From positions 992,001 through 1,056,000 of the forward strand of contig CAXVYR010000004.1 in NCBI GenBank assembly GCA_963666975.2: a stretch of DNA of 64,000 nucleotides, written 5' to 3'. Shown here piece after piece: positions 30,791 through 40,530 of the stretch (positions within the stretch are counted from its first letter, which is position 1; every line of letters starts with the position of its first letter). A model generated the notes under the pieces. It was not told where the DNA came from. It was given only the letters and a program-made list of their open reading frames with translations, and ran no database searches. The DNA is from Terriglobia bacterium. GTDB lineage: Bacteria; Acidobacteriota; Terriglobia; 2-12-FULL-54-10. Made by a program: the position numbers and the translations under genes.

Positions 30791-31011
30791 AGATTAAGCT
30801 AAATTGTACAGTCAAACGAGGCTGCTCAGCGCAGCGGCCAGAAAACAAGTTGGGAAAAGTAGCTCACCTGCCAATCATCCTAGCTCTCCACCACATTGTC
30901 GTCGGGCAGAGAGTTCCACTGGGCAGACTCAAAATGGATTTCTGTCTTACTGCCGCGTTTTCTTATTCCGAAGGGAGGTTGCCCGCTTCCGAGGACAAAG
31001 GCTCCGGCCTC

Positions 31012-31743
31012 TCACTTTCTTCTGACCAGGAAACCTTGCGGGGAAAAGGTCACCAGATACTTCTCATAATCCGGGTCGCTCGCGAAGCCGGGATTTTCCG
31101 CCAGAAATTCTTTCAAGGCCGTCATGGGGTTGTCGTGACTCCAGGAAGGATCGCCATTCGGCACGCCGGCCAATTGCTGGCAGATGGTGTCAAACAGCAC
31201 CAGATATCCGCCCACGGAAACATACCGGGAAAACAGCCGCAACTCGGCCAGGGTGTGGGTATAGCTGTGGTCTGAATCGAGACAGACCAAAACATTGCTT
31301 TCCCCCGCCAGCTCCTTTTGGAGTTCGCTGTGGACGGCGTCTGACGTCGAGTCGCCTTCAATCAAATGAATTCGGCGGCTGAAGGGAAATGCGGCGATGT
31401 TGTTGCGCGCGGCAGGATTGATCTGTATGTCAATGGAAACCACGCGTCCGTCAATCCCTAAAAGTTCCAGGATGGAAGCATAAAAAACAGCCGTCCCTCC
31501 CAGCGCCACGCCGGTTTCGACAATCATGCGGGGACGCAGCTTGGCCATCAGTTCCTGCAATATCACGAGGTCCGTGGGCCACTGCCAGACCGGCACGCCC
31601 AGCCACTGGACCTGCTTCCATAGCGAGTCATTCCACATCGCTTGGGTCCAGCGGCGGGCCAGGTCCCGTGTTTGCTCCTGAGCCGTATCCTGAGTCGCAT
31701 CTGGGGAGAGCGGTTTTTTCATTTCAGTGTTTTCATTCGCCAA
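31012..31743 (-). CDS. CmcI (cephalosporin hydroxylase) family methyltransferase
   Basis: WLGVPVWQWPTD, IVETGVALGG, LIEGDS, LDSDHS. Confidence 0.88.
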   Translation of the reverse strand: MANENTEMKKPLSPDATQDTAQEQTRDLARRWTQAMWNDSLWKQVQWLGVPVWQWPTDLVILQELMAKLRPRMIVETGVALGGTAVFYASILELLGIDGRVVSIDIQINPAARNNIAAFPFSRRIHLIEGDSTSDAVHSELQKELAGESNVLVCLDSDHSYTHTLAELRLFSRYVSVGGYLVLFDTICQQLAGVPNGDPSWSHDNPMTALKEFLAENPGFASDPDYEKYLVTFSPQGFLVRRK

Positions 31744-31770
31744 CCCAGCATTCTCCTAATCAGCGTTTTC

Positions 31771-32925
31771 CTAACCTGCCTCGGGCTGCTCTCCCAGTTC
31801 GACCTCGATCTCCATCCGCTCGCGGCCCCGATACAGCGTAACCCGGATCACTTCTCCCGGCTTCATCCTCATGACGTACCGGGACAGGTCCACGGAGCTT
31901 TCAATGGGATTCCCATCAATCGCTACAATCAGGTCTCCGCCGATGACGAACTGTTCATTGCCGATCATGGCCAGCCTTCGTCCGGCCCGTATGCCCGCCC
32001 GGTCGCCTGGCCCGCCGCGCCTCACGCGGGCCACCAGCAAGCCCTGGGAGGCAGGCAGGTCCAGCAGTTCCGCCAGCGCCGGCGTGATCTCTCTCCCTAC
32101 CACGCCCAGGTATCCGCGCCTCACCCGACCTTCCTGCAACAGGTCCGTCAGGATGCTCTTCGCCGTATTCACCGGAATGGCAAAGCCGATTCCAATGCTG
32201 GCCTGGCCGAAGATGGCCGTGTTGATCCCGATCACATCCCCGCGAGCATTCAGCAACGGCCCTCCGCTGTTGCCCGGGTTGATGGCAGCGTCGGTCTGGA
32301 TCACATCCTCCAGCAAACGTCCCTCTTGATCTTGAATATTCCGCCCCAGGGAACTGATGACGCCCGTGGTCAGCGTCCCATCGAACCCGAAGGGGTTCCC
32401 GATAGCCAGCACCTTCTGCCCCACTTGCAGGCTCTCCGAACTGCCCAGCTTGACGTACGGCAAGTCCCTTCCGGCATCGATTTTGATGACGGCCAGATCG
32501 CTGAGGCGGTCATGCCCGATCAGTTTCGCCGGGTGACGGCTATGGTCCGACAAAGTGACCTCCACGGAACGCGCTCCGCTGACCACGTGGTAGTTGGTCA
32601 ATATGTTGCCCTCGGCATCGATCAGGAAGCCCGAGCCGCTGCCTTGCGAGGGCAAAACACGGAAAAAGAAATCGTACTGGATGGTCGTGCTGGTCAGGTT
32701 GACCACCGCCGGGCTCACAGCTTTGTAAACCTGGATATTGTTCCGCTCATCGGAGATGCTGGATACATCCGGAGGAACAGCGGCCGCGGCAGGCGTGGAT
32801 TTCGGGGCAGTCTGCGGCGGCGGCTCGGCGTTGTTCACCTGCGGTCTTTGCCAAATCCACCAGCCCGTGACAGCGCCTAAGATCGCTGTCAGAAGCAACT
32901 TGGACCAGATCGATTGTCTCGGCAT
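31771..32925 (-). CDS. HtrA/DegP-like trypsin protease with PDZ domain
   Basis: GSGSGF, LTNYHVV, DLAVIKI, IQTDAAINPGNSGGPL, PDZ. Confidence 0.95.
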   Translation of the reverse strand: MPRQSIWSKLLLTAILGAVTGWWIWQRPQVNNAEPPPQTAPKSTPAAAAVPPDVSSISDERNNIQVYKAVSPAVVNLTSTTIQYDFFFRVLPSQGSGSGFLIDAEGNILTNYHVVSGARSVEVTLSDHSRHPAKLIGHDRLSDLAVIKIDAGRDLPYVKLGSSESLQVGQKVLAIGNPFGFDGTLTTGVISSLGRNIQDQEGRLLEDVIQTDAAINPGNSGGPLLNARGDVIGINTAIFGQASIGIGFAIPVNTAKSILTDLLQEGRVRRGYLGVVGREITPALAELLDLPASQGLLVARVRRGGPGDRAGIRAGRRLAMIGNEQFVIGGDLIVAIDGNPIESSVDLSRYVMRMKPGEVIRVTLYRGRERMEIEVELGEQPEAG

Positions 32926-32949
32926 GCTCACACCCGTCCAACCGGAACG

Positions 32950-33870
32950 CTAGGGTCGGAGAGAAAATTTCGACTCCCGGAAACTGCTTTGTTGTCCAAT
33001 CCGGTCGCGGATGGTTACTTGCAGCCTGTACTCGCCGGACTGGGGGGCTTCCAACTCCACCTCAAAAACGGTGGGGAGAAAACGCGGCGGATAGAAGCTT
33101 TGATCCCTTTGCACAGAGGCATTGACCCGCGAGATCACCCCATTGCCTTCCGCATCCAAGACCGCCAGGTCCTGCTCCACCCAGACCTGATTCTGCGGTG
33201 ATACGCGGTAGCCGACGATCTTGTACCGTGCCCAAACGCGGTCGGATACCGAGAACGTACGGCTGGGAAACCAAGGCCCCCGCTCCGAGCGGGCATATTC
33301 CAGCCGCTGAATCTCCAGCGTGTCGCTGGGCTGGACCTCCTCCCCGCGCACTCGAAAGGTAACGCGGCGGCGGATATCGCGTTCCGCGATCCGGTCGGTC
33401 ACGCGGATCTCAACGTTGTAGTCGCCTCCCGGCGCAGAAGAGGGCACGGTGGCGGACCAGTTGATCTTGGGTCGCCACTCTTCGTCCCGTGGTCCCAAGA
33501 TCGTGTCGATCCCCCCTTCCTCTCCCGGCGCCACCAAAACCCCGAGCGGGTCCCGCAGCTCCACATGATGGCTGAGATGCACGCGATGTTCCCTGAGCCC
33601 GCTCCCGGTCCGCACCGGCAGGCGCCGGAAACCTTCCACCCGAAAAGAGAGCACCACATTGCTCCCTGCTTCCACATCCAGACGAGGTCCGATCCATCCG
33701 TCGTAGTCCTCAAAAAGAACTTCGGCAATCTCCAGTTCTTCCTGCTGTTCCTCTTTCAACTCCGGGTCCGCCCGTTGCTGCGCAGCAACGACAGGACTGA
33801 AGAAAACCCCGAAGCAAAAAATCAGCAAAGCGATCATAGCCGCGTGTTCCCCATTAGATCGGGTCTCCAC
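32950..33870 (-). CDS. Hypothetical exported protein with two Ig-like repeats
   Basis: Signal peptide; repeated GxYxxxVxVxDRI C-terminal strands. Confidence 0.7.
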   Translation of the reverse strand: METRSNGEHAAMIALLIFCFGVFFSPVVAAQQRADPELKEEQQEELEIAEVLFEDYDGWIGPRLDVEAGSNVVLSFRVEGFRRLPVRTGSGLREHRVHLSHHVELRDPLGVLVAPGEEGGIDTILGPRDEEWRPKINWSATVPSSAPGGDYNVEIRVTDRIAERDIRRRVTFRVRGEEVQPSDTLEIQRLEYARSERGPWFPSRTFSVSDRVWARYKIVGYRVSPQNQVWVEQDLAVLDAEGNGVISRVNASVQRDQSFYPPRFLPTVFEVELEAPQSGEYRLQVTIRDRIGQQSSFRESKFSLRP

Positions 33871-33993
33871 TAGATGTTAACTAATATGTGTGCTGGTGTC
33901 CAAGAGGCGTCTGCGGATAGGGGAATGGGAACAGCCCACGGCGGGAGAAACCTTCCGCAACCTGGAAAACCATTTCGGACGCAGTTCCCCAAT

Positions 33994-35739
33994 TCAAAAC
34001 ACTGGCAAGCGGAAAGGGATTTGGATCAGGACTTCCAAATCGATGGGGATTCCATTTTTTGTTGCCGGTTGAAACTCCCATCGGGTGAGGGCATCCATGG
34101 CGCTGCCGTCCAGGCGCGGGTCCAAGGTATTCAAAACCTCGATGTTCGATACCGTGCCGTCGCGGAGGATATGGGCCGCCAGCAGCACCGTGCCCTCCAC
34201 CCGGTCGCGGACCGCCGAGGGCGCATACTTCGGGTCCACCTTCCTCAAGGCCACGGGGGCGGAGAGGTCGCCTTCGTCTTCTTCGTGCCATGTGCCGTCG
34301 CCATTGAGCTCCGCAAACCGCAGAACCCAGCTTCCCGACCCGCTGGTCAGGTTCGGCATGTTGATGGTTACGGTGTGGACGCGCTTGGCTCCGAAAAATT
34401 TCGGAGCCGCAACCACCTGCTGGCCGCGCGACATCTCCGGCAGAAAAGAAGGCCGGGTGGCCTTGGCAAGCAGTGTCGTCAGGTCTCGCCGCGGGGGCGG
34501 TGGTGCAGGCCGCCGTGCCAGCGGGGAGCGGCGCGGTTCGGGAACGGTCTGGACGACCAGAGGCGGGAAGTCCAGCGGATTCCCGCCCGAAACGGAGGAA
34601 ATGGAAAGATGCGGCGCGCGAATCGCCGCCATCTCGCTTCCGTCGAGCACCGGCGGACTGATATCTGCGGCTTCATCCCAGGTGATCTCCGGTTCCGGGC
34701 TGCCTTCGGGCGACACCGCAAAGGCGCCGGAGCGGTTGCCTGCCGGGATGTGGATTTCAATCGGGGGAGGCGGCGCGGGAGCCACGCTCACGGCAATCAG
34801 GCTCTGGAGCGTTGACGGGTTGGCCTCCGGGGAGAGGACCGGGGGAACTGGAACCTTCGGCATTTTTTTCGCTTCCAGCGGAGCCGCCGGGGGAACCCCG
34901 GGCGCGACGGGAAGCTCAGGAAACGGCAGCATCGCCGTTGAGGCTATCTGTATCTCGGAGACCCTGAGATTCAGCTCAGCCAATTTAGGAGGTTCCGGGG
35001 GAGGAGGAGCAGCCACCTTCGGAACGGGCAAATCCGGCAACCCAATCTGGGACAGTTGTCTTTGCACCTCTGTCAAAGAAGGCGCGGGAGGCACGATCTC
35101 CGGCTTCCAGTAAATCATGTTCGGCAGCCTGATTTCCGCTTGTAGCTGGAGCTCCGGCGCCTTCGGCTGGATGATGGTTTGCCTCCGGTTGTCGGGGGCC
35201 GGCGGCTTGGAGACAATCTCCTGCGTAGGATGAAGATGAATGGCAGGGCTCTGCTTATTGATTGGCGGCGCTGCTTGCTTTTCTATTTTCTTCTCTGCCT
35301 TTTCCTCTATTCCCCTCTCCGCCTTTTCTTCTGCGGGAGGGTTTTCCTCCAGCGGGGCAACGGGCGGAAGCGTGTCGGTTGGGGTATACCAGACGATCTT
35401 TTGATTGCTCCTGGAAAATTTCTCCGGGCCGGCATCCTGCTGCCAGTCCGGTAAAGCAGGCCCGCTCACCAGATATGTCCCGAACGTCACATGCAAAAGC
35501 AAGGAAGTCAGCAGCGCTTGCCTCGGAAAACCGCCCCTCAGGTAGGCGCTTCGGAACATCACCGCAAAGGATCTGGACGGGACTCTCCTCGGAGGAGCCG
35601 AGATGCAGGCGGCCAGATTGGAGCAAAAACGCCAAAAGGGAGAACTGGCGGGAAGCATGGCGAACGCCGGCACAGGGGAAGGTTCGGAAACGCTTCGCCG
35701 CGCTGGCTGCCTGGCCGACAAATTCGCTCTGCTTTCCAT
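33994..35739 (-). CDS. Energy transducer TonB family protein
   Basis: SLLLH TM, Pro-rich linker, C-terminal PKY..VEGTV..LD..A..WEFQPA. Confidence 0.85.
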   Translation of the reverse strand: MESRANLSARQPARRSVSEPSPVPAFAMLPASSPFWRFCSNLAACISAPPRRVPSRSFAVMFRSAYLRGGFPRQALLTSLLLHVTFGTYLVSGPALPDWQQDAGPEKFSRSNQKIVWYTPTDTLPPVAPLEENPPAEEKAERGIEEKAEKKIEKQAAPPINKQSPAIHLHPTQEIVSKPPAPDNRRQTIIQPKAPELQLQAEIRLPNMIYWKPEIVPPAPSLTEVQRQLSQIGLPDLPVPKVAAPPPPEPPKLAELNLRVSEIQIASTAMLPFPELPVAPGVPPAAPLEAKKMPKVPVPPVLSPEANPSTLQSLIAVSVAPAPPPPIEIHIPAGNRSGAFAVSPEGSPEPEITWDEAADISPPVLDGSEMAAIRAPHLSISSVSGGNPLDFPPLVVQTVPEPRRSPLARRPAPPPPRRDLTTLLAKATRPSFLPEMSRGQQVVAAPKFFGAKRVHTVTINMPNLTSGSGSWVLRFAELNGDGTWHEEDEGDLSAPVALRKVDPKYAPSAVRDRVEGTVLLAAHILRDGTVSNIEVLNTLDPRLDGSAMDALTRWEFQPATKNGIPIDLEVLIQIPFRLPVF

Positions 35740-35922
35740 ATGCCTTCTTGAGGCGAAAGCCAGTTATCAAGGGGGGGGAAGATACTTTTGCATTATATCA
35801 AGAATGGGGAGTGGCAAGGCAATTGGAAATAAAAACAGCTCCGAGAGACGGCTCCTCGAAGGTACTTTTTGAATTGCTTTGCCGTTTTGCCGGACAATCG
35901 CCCGGCAATGGCTCGGGGACGG

Positions 35923-36780
35923 CTAGCTGGCAGCGGGGGTTTTCGGGTCCACCAAAGCGAGGAGTTCCACAAACCTGGGGTCTTCGGCCAGAAAGAGAAA
36001 CACGTCGTCCTGCAGGGCCTCGCGCAGATCGGCAAACCCTTCCTCCCATGCCTTCACCAAATACCGCAAGGTTTCCTCCACGTTCCCCAGGCTGGCGTGA
36101 CTCTTGGCCAAATAGAAGTTGAATGCCGCCGTGTTTTCCGACTCGCGCTGATGCACAATGCTTCCGGAACGGCCACCCCGGTCAAATATTTTCGGGTCGA
36201 GCATCAAGGCATAGCGGTAGCAGTTCACGGCGTATTCGTAGCGCTCGTAGGAGAAATACGCCGTGCCCAAGTTGCTGTATATAACAGCGTCGCCGGGGGA
36301 CAGTTTTAGAGCATCCAGGTAGGTGAGGATCGCCGAACGATATTTTTTTCGGGCATATTCTACAGCCGCCAGGTTGTTGACGGCCTGCGCGTACTGCGGG
36401 TCCAATTGAATCGCTTTTTGGTAAGCCTTCCGGGCGGCGCCGAAATCCATCAATTGGTGATAGGCGATTCCCAGCTTGTTGTGGAACTGGGCGTTCGCAG
36501 GCTGAAGCTCAATCATCTTCCGGTAAGCCTCAACGGCCTCCGGATAATACTTCCGCGCCATGTAGATATCCCCGCGACGCTCCAACCGCTCGAATTCGGA
36601 AAGTTCCGCAAAGTTTTCGCCAGTCTGCTCCTGATTCTGCGCAACCAACAAGGCCGCCGCATTGCCCGTTCTTCCCCCTGCGATGCAAAGCAGGCAGAAT
36701 ATAGCTCCCGCACCGATGGCCCGGAGCAGGGAAAACCGGTTCCGGCTCAAAAAAAAGCGTTTCCGACAGGCGGTTCTCAT
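35923..36780 (-). CDS. Tetratricopeptide-repeat protein
   Basis: Multiple TPRs (HNKLGIAY, VNNLAAV, YSNLGTAY); start estimated at ATG 36780. Confidence 0.82.
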   Translation of the reverse strand: MRTACRKRFFLSRNRFSLLRAIGAGAIFCLLCIAGGRTGNAAALLVAQNQEQTGENFAELSEFERLERRGDIYMARKYYPEAVEAYRKMIELQPANAQFHNKLGIAYHQLMDFGAARKAYQKAIQLDPQYAQAVNNLAAVEYARKKYRSAILTYLDALKLSPGDAVIYSNLGTAYFSYERYEYAVNCYRYALMLDPKIFDRGGRSGSIVHQRESENTAAFNFYLAKSHASLGNVEETLRYLVKAWEEGFADLREALQDDVFLFLAEDPRFVELLALVDPKTPAAS

Positions 36781-37185
36781 GACAAAAACTCCGTTGCTAT
36801 TATAGTTCGGAGAGTTCTGGAAGAGAGTGCGAGAAAGGCAGGAAAGTGACTCCAAACTGTCTGGATCCGCAGAAGCATTTCGATCACGCCTCCCCTTCCG
36901 GCCAGTGGGTGCCGTCGTTTTGGACTGGCCTGTGCGGCCTCTCGCGCGCCCGCTTGCAGGGACGTTCAGGTGTGTACCGGGAGCGGAGCGGCTCAGCTTC
37001 CCTGGGTTCATATTATACTCTCGCCATGGGGCCTCAGCAATCAGGAAAGGCGTCTCGCAGGCGGAGCTTCTGAAGCAGAAGACTGCATCCCGATCCGGCC
37101 GGGAGGCATCCAAGCCGGAGTGAACGCCTGGAAGGAATTGGTTTCGCCGCCACAGCTTTAATTTGTTATACTAAGTTGTTTTTTT

Positions 37186-37854
37186 GTGATGAATTCTCCT
37201 CCCATCCGTATCTTCATCGTAGACGACCACGCCATATTCCGCGAGAGTCTGATCGCGGTACTGAACCTGCAAAAGGACTTTGAAATTGTAGGCCAGGCTG
37301 GGACGGTCTCGGAAGCCCGGAGCCTCATCGGAAAAAGCAAGCCCAACATATTGCTGCTGGACCTGAGACTCCCCGGACAAAGCGGCCTGGACTTGCTGCC
37401 CGAGCTGCCCAACCTCAGCCCCGATTGCAAAACGATTGCGGTCACGGGCATGGAAGTTGAAAAAGATGTAGTCGAGGCCATGCGTTATGGATCGCGCGGG
37501 TTTCTGGTCAAGCAGTGCGCCACCGACCTGTTCCTCAAGTGCATTCGCAAAGTCCACGACGGAGAAATCTGGCTCAACGGAAAATTGACCGAGGCGGTGC
37601 TGACCGCCTTTGGCAGCCAGCCGGCAGGCAGCCAGATCAATGGCAAGAGCGAACTCTCCCGCCGCGAAATGGAAGTGATCCAACTGGTTGTCCAGGGCTA
37701 CAAGAACCGCGACATCGCCCAGAGGCTGTTCATCAGCGAAAAGACCGTGAAAAACCATCTCTCCGCCATCTTCAATAAGCTGGGGGTGGGCGACCGGCTG
37801 GAGCTGACGCTCTACGTATTCGAAAAGCGGCTCGTCCCCACTACGCCGGAGTAA
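37186..37854 (+). CDS. NarL/LuxR-family response regulator
   Basis: IVDDH, LLDLRLP, LSRREMEVI..NRDIAQRLFISEKTVKNHL. Confidence 0.95.
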   Translation: MMNSPPIRIFIVDDHAIFRESLIAVLNLQKDFEIVGQAGTVSEARSLIGKSKPNILLLDLRLPGQSGLDLLPELPNLSPDCKTIAVTGMEVEKDVVEAMRYGSRGFLVKQCATDLFLKCIRKVHDGEIWLNGKLTEAVLTAFGSQPAGSQINGKSELSRREMEVIQLVVQGYKNRDIAQRLFISEKTVKNHLSAIFNKLGVGDRLELTLYVFEKRLVPTTPE

Positions 37855-37996
37855 GCCACCTTCGCTTGAACAGTCCTGCCTGGTTCTATTACACCGTCTG
37901 TCATGACGCCTCATGACGCCTCATGACGCTATTGTTGAGGCGGCTTTGCGATGAAGTTTTGTTCCGAGAGTGCCTGCAACCGCTTATGTGGCCACG

Positions 37997-38938
37997 TTAG
38001 GTAGTCACGTAGGCCGCTAGGTGCGAGCGCCGCAGACGCGCTGCCCGAACCGTGTTCACCATCAACATGGCGATGGTCAGCGGACCGACGCCGCCGGGCA
38101 CCGGCGTCAGAGCGCCGGCGACGGGGAGAACCGTAGAGGGATCGATGTCCCCGATCAGCGTGGACCCTTTGGTTTCAACCTGGCTCCTGCGCTTGGAATC
38201 GCCGGGGAAGAATCGTTCCACCTCTTCCAGCGTGGTGATCCTGCCGATGCCTACGTCGATGACCGCAGCCCCCGGTTTGACAAACTCGCCCGTCACCATG
38301 CCCGCCTTGCCGAGCGCGGCCACCAGGATGTCCGCCTCGCGGCAAACAGCGGGCAGATTTTGCGTCCGGGAATGGCAGACCGTCACCGTGGCGTGATGGT
38401 GCATCAGCAGCAGCGCCACTGGCTTGCCAACAATGTCGCTGCGGCCGATCACGACCGCCCGCTGTCCTTTGATCGGAATCTCGCTGCGTTTCAGAATCTC
38501 CAGGATGCCGGCAGGCGTGCAGGGAACCAATCCGGGCCGTTGCGTAACCAGGTTCCCCACGTTCATAGGATGGAAGCCGTCCACATCCTTCTGCGGATCG
38601 ACGGCCAGCAACACTCGCTTGGAGTCAACAGGGGAGGGCAGGGGCAGTTGCACCAGGATTCCGTCAATCTCGTTGCGGCCGTTCAGAAGCTCCACCTGCG
38701 AAAGCAATTCTTCCGTAGTGGTCGTCTCCGGAAAAACCAGCCGCTCGCTGTGAATCCCCAATTTTTCGCAGGTCTTCACCTTGTTCCGTGTATAAATCTC
38801 CGAGCCGGGGTCGTTGCCCGCCAGAATCACCGCCAAGCCGGGCCGGACGCCCGCTTCCCGGAGTTGCGCTATCTCCACGGTCACTTCGGCCTGAATTTGG
38901 TCGCGAATGGCAGTGCCGCTCAGGATGCGTGCTGGCAA
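37997..38938 (-). CDS. folD: Methylenetetrahydrofolate dehydrogenase/cyclohydrolase
   Basis: GILVQLPLP, KDVDGFHP, PCTPAG, GRSDIVGKP, TPVPGGVGPLT. Confidence 0.97.
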   Translation of the reverse strand: MPARILSGTAIRDQIQAEVTVEIAQLREAGVRPGLAVILAGNDPGSEIYTRNKVKTCEKLGIHSERLVFPETTTTEELLSQVELLNGRNEIDGILVQLPLPSPVDSKRVLLAVDPQKDVDGFHPMNVGNLVTQRPGLVPCTPAGILEILKRSEIPIKGQRAVVIGRSDIVGKPVALLLMHHHATVTVCHSRTQNLPAVCREADILVAALGKAGMVTGEFVKPGAAVIDVGIGRITTLEEVERFFPGDSKRRSQVETKGSTLIGDIDPSTVLPVAGALTPVPGGVGPLTIAMLMVNTVRAARLRRSHLAAYVTT

Positions 38939-39015
38939 TTCAGATTCCTCCCTCCGTCATCCATATCTGGATTTCAAAAACAAGCAATCGGCGCAGATGC
39001 CGAGCCGGGCGGCTC

Positions 39016-39084
39016 GCCCCGTTACACCATCCGTTACTCCATGTCGGGCCGTTACTCCATGTCGCCCCGTTACTCCATGTCGGG
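39016..39084. repeat. 18-bp tandem duplication of the oxidoreductase stop region
   Basis: ccgttactccatgtcg(gg/cc) x3 plus a partial unit. Confidence 0.9.
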
Positions 39085-40422
39085 CGGGGTCACTTTCGCA
39101 ATCCATGCGTCGTAGTCTCCGCCGTAGCCGGCTTTTTTCTGAGCGGCGCTGATTCGCTGTTCGAGGGCCTTAACCTGTGCCTCCGACAGGGGCGTTACCG
39201 ATTGAATCCTCTCCTTCACCTGTTCGGCCTGCGCGGCGGCCCGGCCTTCGGCGGGCGCGGTGAAACCGGAAATATCACCGCTTTCGCCAACGCCCATGTA
39301 ATTTTCAATCAGGTGATGGGCCACCTTCTGGCTATGAACCAGCGAGACCCGGATGTTTCCCTGGCCGGTGACCACGTTCCCCACGCCGAAGACGCGGTCC
39401 GAGCCGGCGTAGTAGCCGAAGTCCCAGTCCTTGAAAGTGTAATACTCGCCCTTCATGGCGATGCCCGGGATGATCTCCGGAACCGAGCCGATAGAGGAGA
39501 TAATCAGCGGGGAGCGCAGTTCGTGCTCGCTGCCGGGGATGGGAGTGGCTTTGCGTCCCTCGACGTGAGTTTCAGATAACTTCAGCCCTGCCAAACGGCC
39601 GTTCTCGACAATCAGCCCCCCCGTCAGCCTGCGGTCTTGAAAGCGAAACAGGTATTTCCCCTGCGCCACGCTGAGCAGTTTCTGGCGGATGCCCTCGGTT
39701 CGGGCCAACTGCTCCGGGGTGGCGTTGTCGGGCGGTTGCGCCAGCGGCATGTCCTGCATGCGGCGGCGGTAGATCAGCAGACATCCCTTGACGCCCAGGT
39801 CCTTGGGGTCGATGCCGTGATTCTTGCAAATGGCCGGGATGCCCTTCTTTTCAAGCTGGTGCATATCGGTCTCGACGCCCTTGGCCCGGAGCGCCCGCTC
39901 GTAGTTCTCCAGTTGCAGAGCCTTCACCACGTCAATCGACGCCAGCCCGCCGCCGAGGACCAGGGTCTCGTCCGGAGCCTCGTAGCGGGGGCCGGAGTAG
40001 CTTTTTTCATTCTTGTGGTTGTACCAGTAGATAAAGGGATTTTGGTAAATCAGGCCCTTGTCGATATACTCATCGGCGCCCTCCACGCCCACGCCGCGGT
40101 CCCTCCAGGCGCCGTTGGCCAGGATGACGGCCGAAAAACCCCACTGATCAACCATCTCCTTAAAATCCAGATCGCTGCCGAGCTTGGTGGAGGGAAGAAA
40201 CGTTACGCCGGGCTTTTTGAGGCGGGCATCGATGCGGGCGTATTCCTGCTTGCGTTGTTCCAGGTGCCAGCGCGGCAGGCCGTCTTCGATCTTCCCATAC
40301 GGCCTTGTGTTCTGATCAAAAACGACCACCCGAATTCCGTGCTCCGCCAGAATCTCGGCGGCCACCGAGCCGGCCACGGCTCCTCCGATAATGGCTACGT
40401 AATGCGTTCCTTGCTTAGACAT
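39070..40422 (-). CDS. FAD-dependent oxidoreductase (ferredoxin-NADP+ reductase/GltD-like, no Fe-S motif)
   Basis: IIGGAVAG, PYGKIEDGLP, LANGA, VLGGGLASIDV, YRRR. Confidence 0.8.
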   Translation of the reverse strand: MSKQGTHYVAIIGGAVAGSVAAEILAEHGIRVVVFDQNTRPYGKIEDGLPRWHLEQRKQEYARIDARLKKPGVTFLPSTKLGSDLDFKEMVDQWGFSAVILANGAWRDRGVGVEGADEYIDKGLIYQNPFIYWYNHKNEKSYSGPRYEAPDETLVLGGGLASIDVVKALQLENYERALRAKGVETDMHQLEKKGIPAICKNHGIDPKDLGVKGCLLIYRRRMQDMPLAQPPDNATPEQLARTEGIRQKLLSVAQGKYLFRFQDRRLTGGLIVENGRLAGLKLSETHVEGRKATPIPGSEHELRSPLIISSIGSVPEIIPGIAMKGEYYTFKDWDFGYYAGSDRVFGVGNVVTGQGNIRVSLVHSQKVAHHLIENYMGVGESGDISGFTAPAEGRAAAQAEQVKERIQSVTPLSEAQVKALEQRISAAQKKAGYGGDYDAWIAKVTPPDME

Positions 40423-40530
40423 GAATCAATCAGCCTCCAAATTTGGGAATCCCTGTCCCTGGGAAGGGGATGAAAGAAAAAGAATATTCAGGTCGGCGCG
40501 ACAAACTTTCCTGACGGCGGCGGTCCGCCT

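Noticed and set aside
30791-31011. Possible riboswitch or ncRNA upstream of der
   Set aside because: No recognisable conserved motif or convincing structure by eye
39016-39084. Mini CRISPR array
   Set aside because: Units are contiguous with no unique spacers and copy the adjacent gene end; no cas genes
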